Shown piece after piece: positions 24,400-35,772 of a DNA stretch of 64,000 nucleotides (positions are counted from its first letter, which is position 1; each line of letters begins with the position of its first letter). A program made the position numbers and the translations under genes. The notes beneath the pieces were generated by a model. That model did not search any database, was not told the origin of the DNA, and worked only from the letters and a program-made list of their open reading frames with translations. Source of the DNA: Pseudovirgaria hyperparasitica (Eukaryota); NCBI GenBank assembly GCA_010093815.1, contig ML996568.1. The stretch is one strand, 5' to 3'.

Positions 24400-27300
24400 T
24401 CAATCCCAGCAGACCTTGAGAGCTAGTAAAAGCGTCAGCAAAATTCTCGCTCGCAATCAGGATTCAGGCATCACTTACAGCACGGCACCGGAAAATACGA
24501 ATCCCAATTCTCCGTCAAGTACTTGTGGTAATGGACGCTCTCAGGCAGCGTGTCGCCTTCGAAAAACCTCTTCGTCGTCTTCTTGACTTCTCCCTGTGGT
24601 CCTCTTACCGGAGCCAGGTTCTCCAGGCGACCGACGACCTTGAGCATCGACGTGAGCGAGATCCTGGTCATCTTGAGGCCGAGGCACTGGTGTGGGCCGG
24701 CGCCAAGGTGGATGTATGACTCTACCGGGCGATTGAGGTTGACTTTGTCCGGGTCCGGGAATATGGCGGGGTCATGCGAGGCGCTTCGAAGGTTGACAAA
24801 CACTCGTTCTCCCTTCTTCACGTGCATTGTCTTGTCGCCGTCTTGTATGCTTGTGTCTTGAGTGACCTGTCGGATGACGGCAGTCTCGCCATTCAGACGC
24901 GATGCCTCGAGGACGTAGTGCATCAGTTTGTCGAAACTCGCGTCGTCGTCCAGCTTCGAGAGCCTGTGGATCTCGGGGAGGTGCTCTTGGCCCCTCGTGA
25001 AGAAGTAATCCAGAATCTGTCCGAACAGTTGGCCTTGGTTAGAAACCATTCCGCCCGCAGTACCCAAGATCTGACCCCAGACAAGATCATGCACTGACGT
25101 ATCCGTATCCAGGAGCCGCTTGATGAGCTTCTTGCCGTAGTCTTGGAGCGGAGATGATTCTGGCCAGATGAGCTGCATGGCCGAACTTATGATGCCGCCT
25201 GCCTTGATTTCTTGGACGTTTGCCTCGACAAGCTTACCAAGTGTCTGCGTTGCTTTGGCGGCCTTTTGTCGCAGCGAAAACGACGAGCCTGGGTCGAGGT
25301 CGAAGAAGATGGCAGCGAATACAGCAGTCATGATCAGATAGAGCTCGTGCTCGGTGAAAACACCCGGTCTGTTGTCCGTCTTGAGTGGAAGCATGAAGAG
25401 TTCCGCGCAGAAGTGAACGTGTGCAAGATTGCCAACGTCACGGACGATGTCCACATGCTTCTTACCAGCAAGTTTGTAACTCTTCTCGTGCAGAAGCTTC
25501 TGTGTGATGTGTTCGTAGTATTTGCGCACTTCTTGGTTCCAGCCATCGATATAGAGAGCCTTCTCCATCCTCTTACGCGACTCCGTGTTCTGGTACCCGT
25601 CTCCGGCAAGCATGAAGTTCTTGGCCGGCTTACCCATGAGGAGCTCCATAGCTTGTCCCCAAGTCACGTTGAATAGCTTCTGATCACCTAGTATCTGATC
25701 TGCGGCCTTGTATGAGAAAGTCATGTGGTGCTCGCCCTTGAACTTGGGCTTCTCCCACGTATAAAGATGGTCAGACTCGAGATCTTTAAGCGCGACCTTC
25801 ATCGCGTCCGGCGTAGTCATTGGGAAGTGAGCATAAACGGAGTTCGGTTCGAAATGGTCGGGGAAGGCGCGGGCAAAAAGCTTGTAAAACACACAACCAT
25901 TATTGACGTCCAGATCAAAGTCAACTTCCTTGTAACCCCAGTTGGTGAGTTTCCTCGGGTGATAGTCAACAGTGTAGAAGCGATCACCTCTGACAAGTGC
26001 AACAGCGTCACTCAGTACCGCTCTGGAGACTGTGTAAGACGGACAGAGGCCGGAACCTGGTGCCATGGGTTGTTTCGCTGACTCGGCAACGATTCCTGGG
26101 TATATCTCCACCAGATCTGGATGATCATAAAGGTTCTTCAGTTCGTCAGCTACCTGGGGGTTGATATCCTCGAACGTCCGGTGTGGTTCCAGACCGAAAT
26201 GCTTCCTGAACTCGTTGAGAGTGGCAAGGTTCCACGCACGGGACTGCTTGATGCCTAGAATCTCGATTGCTCGCATCACCGCCGGCACGCGTTGAGCGCC
26301 GAACGAGTTTGCACAATCCTCGATGCTCTCCGTGATTATCTTAACCAGGTCGTCGTCCTTGAAGCGTCCCGTCTTGTCATCCCTCTTCAGGCCCCCGAAA
26401 GTACGCTGAGCAGGATCCTTTGGAGATTTCTCATCTATTTCCTTCAGCTTCGCGAGGAACTCGTACTCTCCAATAGTGTTCGCATCCCTGTCACCGAATA
26501 GCTGTTCCCATAGCTGCTTTGTCCACTCCTCGTCACGCTTGGACACGGTGGCGTGCCATCGATAGACCAGGTTGAACTCGGCGGACACCTGGTTGCCGAC
26601 GCCTAATTCTGGACCATCCTTGATGGGAGCTCTTGGGTTAAGCTGCCATTTGCTGTTCGTTCGGTTAAGGTTCAGAATCGTGCGGACATAGTCAATGAGG
26701 ATGATATTGATGTAGAGGCCGCAGGTGATCAATCGGCCAGTCTGGAAGAGCGCCTCCTCATACTTCCTGTCCTTGATTGTGTCTTTCCAGTCCTGAGTCT
26801 CCTCGGGGAACTTTTTATAGACTTTATCTTTGGGATCTTTGAGCTTGGAGAACTGCTTGCCCTCGTCAATCGCAGCAAGCTGTTCGACCACGTAGTTGTG
26901 GAAGCGATTGAACATGACCAGTAGCACGCTGACACCAGGAGGAAAAGACAGAAGTCGCTTTTCGGAAAATGTGTCGGGTTTAAGCTTTCCGTCCTTGAAA
27001 GTTCTGATCCTATCCTGCTCTTCCTGGTTGCTACCGTACAGCGGAGCCAGATCTAGGTACGAGGATGTGAGGGACATGGAGTAGTCCTTGTGGTCTGTAC
27101 GGAAACAGTCATGCACTATGATAGAAGCTACGTAAAAGAGCACCGAAGAAATACGGTTAGGATGTTTGTTTGCCTCATAGTCGTAGTGTTCCGGACGAGC
27201 CATCAACGCATCGAAGAGAAGGCCGGGATCAGGCCTGGCGCCAGGCTGCACGGTCATAGGCTTGACCGACCTGGCATATGGCATGTTTGCCGCGCCCATT

Positions 27301-27903
27301 CCGGGGAACTTTAGACTCTATGAATTGTTAGTTGGTTCAATCCCGGGTTACAGGAGACATGGAAAGTTCTCCTCGCATCTTACATTATACGAGCCATCAG
27401 CAGTTCTGTATGCATACTGATCGCCCAAGTACGACTGGGGAGGGTGTTGTAGGTCATTCCACAGTTGAGTTACAAATGAGTCGGTGATCTTCTTGCCGTT
27501 TGCTGACCCTTGAGGAAGACCGGCGGCCGCCTATGGCATTCATTGTCAGTTGAAGTATTACGACTGTTTGAATATGTCGAACCTTGATCAAGCCCTCCAT
27601 CAGATATTGCTTGTCGTCAATCACTTGTCCAGTCGCGACTTTATGTTGCATGGCGATCAGGCTGGAGATATCGGAGACGCCCAGGTGAGAGAGATCTTGC
27701 AGGCCGCTTTCGACCTGCTTGATAAAGTGCCATTTCTCCTCTTCGTCGAGATCAGTCCCGTTGCCGGTGCCCCTTGGTATCGGCTTGCGAACATGGCTGA
27801 TCAGCTCTCCAAGCTCCCTGAAGCCTGCGCCGATGCTGTTGCGCGTCTTCTCGAAGTCGGACGGCTGCGTAACGTGCGGCGGCTCTGGTGCGGATGCGCC
27901 CAT
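24400..27903 (-). CDS. ppoA: Psi-producing oxygenase / linoleate diol synthase (heme dioxygenase-cytochrome P450 fusion); exons approx. 27903-27583, 27530-27384, 27317-24479, 24422-24400
   Basis: YRTADGSYN, distal His IIVHDCFRTD, EFNLVYRWH (catalytic Tyr and proximal His), LSDAVALVRGDRFYT, and P450 heme Cys in HLGAGPHQCLG. The last exon gives SLKVCWD*. The family is secure; the ppoA versus other Ppo subclade assignment is not. Confidence 0.92.
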
Positions 27904-30900
27904 ATTGTACGAGTCCTGAAAATAGCGATCCTCGGACCGGTGGCGATTCTCGTGGTTCTCTCTCGCAGCCTGGGCCTCTTTCGAGTCTCGTGATGCTTTC
28001 GATTCGCGTGACTGCGTACGGGGGATTAATGCTTGCGAACATGGTCTGATGGGTTCTGGGACGCGCGGTATGTATAGAAGCTGGGAATCGCGGGAGAACA
28101 TGAATGCTGGGGTGATAGTTCTCCTCCGAACATCGCGCGAAGGCATAATGTAGAGTCATAACCAAGAGGTAAATTGCGCGAGAGACAGAAGTTGAGGGTT
28201 TAGGCAGATACAATCGGTCTTCAGGACATTGCTTCCAAGGTGTTGAAACGGGCCCAACAGAAAAGGGGATACCATGGTCAACAGCCATGTTGAGACGTGG
28301 AGGTAGGAGCCATGGAGTCAGGGAAAATACGACTCACCTGTATCTACTTTCTGTGGCCAGACGTTGCTGCCTTCGATAGTGAGGTTCTGATACGGGGGCA
28401 AAGCAATCAGTGGTCTATCCAAGCCCTCCCAGAAGAAGTGGTAAGCCGGAAGACTGCTAAGCTACCAAAAAGATATCTAGTAAGTAGCACGAGATGAAGC
28501 AAAAGAAAAAAAAAGTAGTGTAGCGACAAAGAAGTGGAGGCCGAAGGAGTTGTCTTATACTACCTACCGGCCTCACATCATCTTCACCGAGCCCCCCATG
28601 CCATGCCACGCGTGGCTGCTGGCTGGCTGGCTGCTACATTCACCCTACACCGAACAGGTTCATACTTCTTTCGTATGTCTGCATCCAAACCCCGGCCAAG
28701 CCCTACATAAATGGCTGCGGCTGAGCGCCAGACCCAGCTCTGGAAAAGGTCGTTCAGTCAGCACCACCGAACCGTCTGAAATAAACGGAGAAACACCAAT
28801 CAGACGCGGGCGCCCATCAACAACCCCAGCGACGACGTTTTTGCACATGATGCAGCAAAGGATTCCCGCAGGAATCGCAGGTTCCGATCACGTTACCACG
28901 CGGCGGGAACAATGCAATGCCAAATGACGTTGCGAAGAACGAAAGAATTACTGCAGTTTGTTGTATTCATCCATCCGGAGGCCCTGGAAGTTGACGTCCC
29001 TCCCTCGTCCACTCACCGAGGTACCGGTGCCCGGCAATCCCTGCATGCAGCTGCCCTGAACACTGGGATTAGAAGCCCAGCCAATCAGAGCACGATCAAT
29101 AAACATGATACAATAACATACGAACAAGATCTATAAAGCTGCATCATCATGCAAGCCTCAGCACGCAACGACTATTCCAAAACACTCTCGGCACATCACA
29201 AGTGGTTCTAGGTGTCTTGGAGATGAGTTGATAGCTGACAGCACCCACACCCACACACACACACACATATCAGGACAACCTCCCTCAGAAAGCCGCTCGT
29301 CTCGGCCCTATCTGTGTCGAACAGTTCCTGTCAATCCGGATTGCATGCATGCATGCATGCCTGCCTGCACGTACGAACGAGCCCACGGTGAATCTCGACC
29401 GTACAACCGGGCCATGCTGCTGCTGCTGACCAGGAGTCCAGGAGCCCCTCAGCCCTCCCCCATGGGATGCCTGCAAGCAGCTCGGACGCCTCGTCTAAGC
29501 AATACACTCATGGTGATCTCATACCAATACCCAACACACGACGGCTGACTGTACCTGCCTGCCTGCCTGCACCCACCAACAGGACCTACGAGGACACACG
29601 AATAGAGGCCGCTCAACAGGCTTCTCCGTCAAGGCAGGCAGGCAGCAGTCATGGCAGAGGGGCACACGATGCTTGCTGTCTTGTCACCGCTGCTGGAGCC
29701 TACAACCGTGCCCGTGCCCGTCTCAGCAGTCAGTCAGTCAGTCACAGTCATTGCGCATGTGAAGGGGGAGGCCAGAAGAGTGAGTAGGCATTCATCTAGG
29801 CATGTCTAGAATACCGACCAGAAGTTCCGCGTAGAACCTGTACCCAGCCTCAGACCACGCTCATCATAGACATGGAAAAAGCGATGATGATATATATGCA
29901 TCCATTCGACGAGTACTACAAGTAAGTAATTACCTCGAGCAAAGAATGATTATAAAAAAGGAACGAAGACGATGAAGTATATGATATGCTACATAGTATA
30001 GACGTGTAGTTTATATTACGCTTTCCCGGACGGACCTCCAATGGCCATCCTGTCTGAACCGCAGCGTCGGAAAACATATCTGTCTGTCTCCTCCGCCCAG
30101 TAGTCACCCCTCGAGTACAGCTGGTCTGCTCTGGTCTGGTCTGGTCTGGTACAGCAGGTAGGTACTGCAGGTAATCAGGTAGGTATGTATGTAAGTATGT
30201 AGGCACTACGTGTATATAAGTAGTACAGCCCCGCTTACGCGAACGGGGAACCGGGGAAGAGGGAACCGGGAAGGGGGGACCGGGAAGAGGGAGGGAGGGA
30301 AAGGGAGGGAGCAGCCCGGTAATCAACCCAAGCGGGCTCACCGCTGCCTGCGTGCGTGCGTGTGCCGGCCACTTAGACACACTCTCGCTTCACCTACTTA
30401 CCTACTTACCCACCTACCAACCAACCCACCACCTACAATACATACATACATACACACCCCCAACTCCCCTTTCTTCGGCCTTCAGCCAGATTGTAGTACA
30501 AGCAAGCAAAGGTGCGCGCGGAAGAAGTCGCTGCGTCGTCACACACCACCACCACCACCACCATCACCGCAGCTTTGCTTGTCAGGGCAATCCGATTGAT
30601 TGATCGATAGTAGTGGAGTGACTAGCTGAGGGCGAGGCTGAATTATTGGGTTGCAGCCTTGGTGATGTAATGTCTTGGTATGCTGGATGTATGGGTATTT
30701 ATTCGCCATAGAGTATATTGTATATATATAGATAGATAGATCCACGCCGAGTCTCGCGCTTGTCACGATTCATGGTCGTTGTGTTAGGCAGCACCGCCTC
30801 GTAATCCTGCCGACGAGACCCGTATACCCCGTATACAGTTATTGCCAGTATGAGTCGCCGCAGTGCAAAGACTGCCCCCCATACCATGGTCCATGGTGTC

Positions 30901-30976
30901 CCGACGGTCCCGCTCCGACAGATATCGTGACCGCCCGCCCCGTCTCTCCTGCTCGCCTCCATGCAGCTCCTCCATC

Positions 30977-32004
30977 TCAGTATATCCCCGGAAGAATGGC
31001 AAACCGCTTCTTCTTGTACTTGTCCGGGAACTCCTTTCTGTAGCGATACTCACGCTTCTTCGCCCACGCCGCCATTTGTCCCACCGCCGGCACCATAAAC
31101 ACCGCCGTGCTCGCACTCATCGTGCACAGCATGATCCCAATCCACGCAACCGTCTCCCACATGTAGTTCGGGCACGTCACAAGCTTGAAGCCATAACCCT
31201 GTGGAATCCCGCGCTCCGTACTACCCGGCTTGCGCAAGTTCCGTAGCGTCATGTGTGCGCGGAAATTCTCAAACTCGCCAATGACGAACAGCACGATGCC
31301 CGCATACATGATGCGCGGGTCCGGATGCGTGGCAGCGAGCGCGGTAGGTGCGTAGGTCCAGTAGGCGATGTTGAGGCCTGCAATAAGCCAGTAGTGGCCT
31401 GAGTTCTTGTAGACGTTGAAGAAGGGCATTGTGGCGAGCGAGAAGCGGTGGACAAACAGGGTCTCGAGCTCGCGCTTGAGGAAGTGGAGGGTGACGAGTA
31501 TCATGGCCATGAACTGCTGATGCGAGGCAGGCTCGGTCGCGTTGCGGTATATGTAGGGGCGGAGGAAGTAGATGAGGGGGTGGATGAGCATTGGGCCGGC
31601 ATATTCAATAAGGTAGCAGGTTTGCCAGCCGATTTGAGGACCTGTGGGAAGGACCTGTTAGACTGAGAATTTGGTGTAGAGGGGGTTGAGTGTCCTACCT
31701 AGATCCTTGACGTTGATGGTGCTCTGGTCTCTCAAGCCGGTGTCGTGTACAGTTACATCCTTCGAATTCGGGATGGCGGCGCCATCGCTACCTTTGGTGA
31801 TTCTCAATCGGTGGATGGAGAACTTGGATTCCGCAGCAATCTTCTTGTAGAGCTGCTCAGCGGTGTCGGATGCTGAGATGTTCGTTTCTTCCGGAAGGCC
31901 TCGAATGGGCTTGCCTGGACAATTGTGAGCAGTTGATGCCTCTAGTATCATATAGTCAACATACCTCGAGGCCTTACAGCTAGGGACAGCTGTTTGGACG
32001 TCAT
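30977..32004 (-). CDS. TSC13: Very-long-chain enoyl-CoA reductase (steroid 5-alpha-reductase family); 3 exons
   Basis: Ubiquitin-like N-terminus ending VKDLG|PQIGW, EYAGP, HFLKRELETLFVHRFSLATMP, KNSGHYW, VTCPNYMWE. ATG at 32004 (MTSKQLSLAVRPRG). Confidence 0.93.
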
Positions 32005-32416
32005 TGTTGATTGTTGAGGGAGAAGTGTGCGGTTGAAGTTCAACGTCTGGGGAAGCTTACGACTTTTTGGTTAACAAGCGGCACTTCCCGCCGAGGATCA
32101 TGAACGTCAATTTCCCCTACCATCACGTGAAGGAGCAAATGATAGCAACGCACATGCAACCAAACCGGCTGTATAATACTGAAACATGAATCAATCGCTT
32201 TGAACGTCCACTGTCTGTCTTCAAGCCATGGCAGAGATGCCTTCATGCTTGTTGTCTAGCGCACGACAGCGAATCAACGAGAACTCGACATTCATAACAC
32301 ACTCGCACCGGTGCACACGACATATCGAGAACCAACATTTGTGCATTGTCTATCAGTCAAAGAGATACGCATCTGCCCTAGGAGCTCATAGTCGTCATGT
32401 CACAGTGGCCATCCGA

Positions 32417-33721
32417 CTATGCTTGTGCGTCGAAACCATCCTCCCAACGTGAGACTTCATCAGTAGCCGCGTCAAACTCTGCCGTTTTCTCTCCGTTCTG
32501 GGCCCAAGGCGTGTATGGCGGTGCCTCCCCAGTAGCGGCATTCGAGTCTTGATGTGCCAGCTTCGCATCCCATTTCTTGCCCTCTGTGGCGCTCCACTTC
32601 TGCCAGTCTGCATGGTGCACTGGTGACACCGTCCGCTGGTCGATTGATACTCGTTCTCGCTTCTGAGCATCTGGATCTCGCTCCCCAGACCAGACTATGG
32701 CGGGAGCAGTGTCGGCATGGATGAGAGGAGGAGGCTGTAGTGTGAGTGCAGGTGCAGGTGCAGGTGCAGGCATGGGCATTGATGGACGAGAATGCAGGAT
32801 TGGGGGCGATATGAGAGTGTGTGTTGGGGAACGGACTGTAGGAGTGGCAATAACGGCGGCGGGCACAGGACGAGATGGTGCTGCCCACTGGGTGCCATTC
32901 TGGCTACGTCTGATGGCCTCCTCAAATTCACGGTCGAAATTGTCTCTCACCTGGGAAGCTCTCTGTGGCTCTTGCCGGCTCGCTCGGATTGCCTCTGCCA
33001 AGTCATTATCAAAAGTATGGCTACTGCTAGGTGCTGACGAGGGCTCTTGCTGACTGGCACGAATTGCAGCCTGTAAATCTTCATCAAAGGCAGTGATTGC
33101 CGGGGGTACTCTATGCGGCTCTTGTTGACTAGCGCGTATGGCTTCTTCTAGATCATCGTCAAAGGTGTCACTGGGCTTAGGTGTGCTCTGTGGCTCTTGT
33201 TGGCTTGCGAGGATGGCGTCTGCCAGATCTTTGTCGAGTACAGGAGGCTTGGGCTGTTGCAAGCCTTCCTGGATGCTGAGTTCCATGACTCTACGTAGTA
33301 TCTCCGCTTCATTCTCCGTATTACTAGGCTCTGGGGTAGTCCGAGAGTTGTCTTGGTGAAAGCTCCGCGGTACGTGGAACTGACCACCAGTGCTTGGCCC
33401 CCAATCTCGATAGTCGCCTGGTACACTGTCTTGCTCTAGGGCACGTAGCTCTGCTTTCATCCTTGCTCTTTGCCGACGCTCCTTCACGGCCAGTATATCG
33501 CAACAACGCATCACGGGTGGCCCACCCAAACATTGAGGGTCATCTTTGCTTCTATGCCCGCGACAGTGCGTATTGGAACATCGACGTGGTCCAAAGCCTT
33601 CGTAATTGGCGAAGCAGATACCAGAATCGCATCTTTTGGTCTGTCGGAGGTGCTCACATGCATATTGCCGTGGAAAGTCGTTCATCCATCTGCCGTTGAT
33701 CTGAAGAGGGCCGTTATCCAT
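32417..33721 (-). CDS. Hypothetical protein: N-terminal Cys/His-rich domain plus 5-6 tandem ubiquitin-interacting motifs (UIMs)
   Basis: Single 434-codon ORF from ATG 33721. Repeats DKDLADAILASQQE, DDDLEEAIRASQQE, DEDLQAAIRASQQE, DNDLAEAIRASRQE and DREFEEAIRRSQN match the UIM consensus acidic-L-x-x-A-x-x-x-S-x-x-E. Confidence 0.75.
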   Translation of the reverse strand: MDNGPLQINGRWMNDFPRQYACEHLRQTKRCDSGICFANYEGFGPRRCSNTHCRGHRSKDDPQCLGGPPVMRCCDILAVKERRQRARMKAELRALEQDSVPGDYRDWGPSTGGQFHVPRSFHQDNSRTTPEPSNTENEAEILRRVMELSIQEGLQQPKPPVLDKDLADAILASQQEPQSTPKPSDTFDDDLEEAIRASQQEPHRVPPAITAFDEDLQAAIRASQQEPSSAPSSSHTFDNDLAEAIRASRQEPQRASQVRDNFDREFEEAIRRSQNGTQWAAPSRPVPAAVIATPTVRSPTHTLISPPILHSRPSMPMPAPAPAPALTLQPPPLIHADTAPAIVWSGERDPDAQKRERVSIDQRTVSPVHHADWQKWSATEGKKWDAKLAHQDSNAATGEAPPYTPWAQNGEKTAEFDAATDEVSRWEDGFDAQA

Positions 33722-33933
33722 AGTTCCGGTCACAGAGAACGTGTCAGAGATGAGGATATGCCGCTAGTACGAACTGAAAAGGTGGACAGCCTATGCTTGG
33801 AATTGGTCACGCAGTGTTGGAGGCTTTGTGTCAGGTGTGCGTGCACTTATGTTGATGCTCTTACAGCTCGAGCGCCTACACATGATCTCGCAGACCACGA
33901 CTACATAGCTATGAGCGGATCCATACAAGGCCT

Positions 33934-35772
33934 TCAGCGAATCTTAACAATCATGCCTTGGGACACGACTGGCCCCACGGAGGCTGCCAACTCGGCAATG
34001 GTTCCTTTGATGGTCCGGGAATCCGTCACAGATCCGGGATTAAACTTCATCACATCCTATTCTCTAGTCAGTCATCAAGAACACTTCGCAGAGGTAAATG
34101 GATCCAGATTTGAAGTGTACTTACGCCCCACTTCAATACACGGTTCCCCACTGAAACCTTGATTGTCTTCAAATCCACCTGGTCTTCAAGTTCCTCCACT
34201 GACATTACTCCTGGCATGCTTATGGAAAACAAAGAAGCACCCTCGTCAGCCGCGGCAGCAGCTTCCTTTGCGCTCTCATGTGCCGTCTGATGTGGGAGAG
34301 ATGATAGTTTAGCGCGGGCGGCAGCATCTGCAGACTTCTCAATGTCTTCCCTCGACAAGGAGACGTACTTTTTCGTGTCAAGCAGCGCCCTCATCCGGCC
34401 TTCAAGTGGATTCCAGTCAAGTGACTCTGGATCTAGGACATACTGTGGTTTATAGGTGCCCTTGTAACGCATTTTGACGCATGAGTGAATGTAGAAGCCC
34501 ATATAGTAGAACTGGTAGTGGCCCTCCATGGTGAACATGGCCTCACGAAGAGCACTTAACTTGCCAAAGTACCATTGGGAGACAGATTCGTGATAGAGGA
34601 AATACACACTGCTAACACCGTGTGGCAGAAGGTCGAGAACACCAATGGCAATCAATTGACCGTCGAGGCGGTAGCACTGGTGGTAGGAGCCTAGCTTTTG
34701 CTCTTTGCCAGCGATGTTGCGGACCACTTGCTGCAGAGGCGAGTCGCAAAGAAAACGCCTGAAACCGTCGCGAGATATCTCGCTGGGTTGCTCACGATGG
34801 ACATTGCGCTGGTAGTTCTCGAAGGCTTGATATTTTTCTTCAGTGAAGTCGGCAGGCTCAAGAGTGACTTCGAAGCGATGAGCTGGCTCAGGTGGGAGGC
34901 TCAGGTTGGCATATTCGCTTTCGCGAAGTGCATGGGCTAGATCGAAGCTACTTCGTTCGCGCGCTTTCTGTCTATCAAGGATATAATCAGTGGCAGTGGA
35001 TGAAGACCAGAATAGCTGCACATACTCTCTGGATCTCGGACGTAATCTAGCAGATTCTTTGATGTAGTCATCTCCTAGTACGAATTTATTCCACTTGTTC
35101 AGAGCTTGTCTTTGATCCTTCGACGGAGCGAATTCGCTGACAGGCAGCCTTTGTGGCGATTAGTGAATGTAGAGTAGTAGTAGTAATAGTGAGGCATTTC
35201 ATCGGACCTAATGGTGTAGTAAGGACAGCACGATCGGCAGACGTCTTGTTTGTAGAGCAGTGTGCCTGATCTAGGTAGGTCAGAGGACGACGAATCAGCA
35301 TGGGTAGGATAGATATTGAATTAGTGGAAGAGATGGACACGGACCGCCTCCAACCTCTATCAACAAGTTCCTGGTAATGGTCTACATTCAATTGTTTCGT
35401 AAAAACGTAGTATGATGCGCCTAGAGAGTATGACGGTAAGAAACGGCAATTGGAGGATGTGGTAGTGAGGAGCGGTGAGTGAGTGAGAGACGTACTGGAG
35501 TCTGGAGATCTTTGTTTGGTGGAATCATGTTTGCAGTAGCCACATGAAGAAGTATGATAGCCTGTGTGGCACAGGGAAAGGCTTGTCGTCAGTAAGAGGA
35601 AGCGATGAGCGGTAAGAGAGGGTCGCCGTTTCCGGCCAGGGACAGACGGCAGGGACGAACGAGAGGGGCGGTGGAAGGGCACGAGGCGAAGGCTAGGCTT
35701 GTGAGTGGAGAAGAACAGACCTGCGGGTGTTAAGATGGAAGGCGACTCGGGAGAAGGGACCGGGGCTTGCAT
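33934..35772 (-). CDS. ATE1: Arginyl-tRNA--protein transferase (N-degron pathway), multi-exon
   Basis: GYHTSSCGYCK, YQELVDRGWRRSGTLLYK..CCPYYTIR, GSYHQCYRLDG.LIAIGVLDLLP.GVSSVYFLY, GKLSALRE, YYMGFYIHSCVKMRYKG. Last exon ...IKGTIAELAASVGPVVSQGMIVKIR* with stop at 33934. Confidence 0.92.

Noticed and set aside
27326..27352. GGTTCAATCCC tRNA T-loop-like motif
   Set aside because: Lies antisense within a ppo intron, with no cloverleaf or A box.
24400..32004. Secondary-metabolite gene cluster around the P450-containing gene
   Set aside because: No PKS, NRPS, terpene synthase, transporter or Zn2Cys6 regulator. The P450 is the standard C-terminal domain of Ppo enzymes.
33470..34162. 230-aa + strand ORF
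   Set aside because: Antisense shadow across the ATE1 3' exons and the start of the UIM gene.
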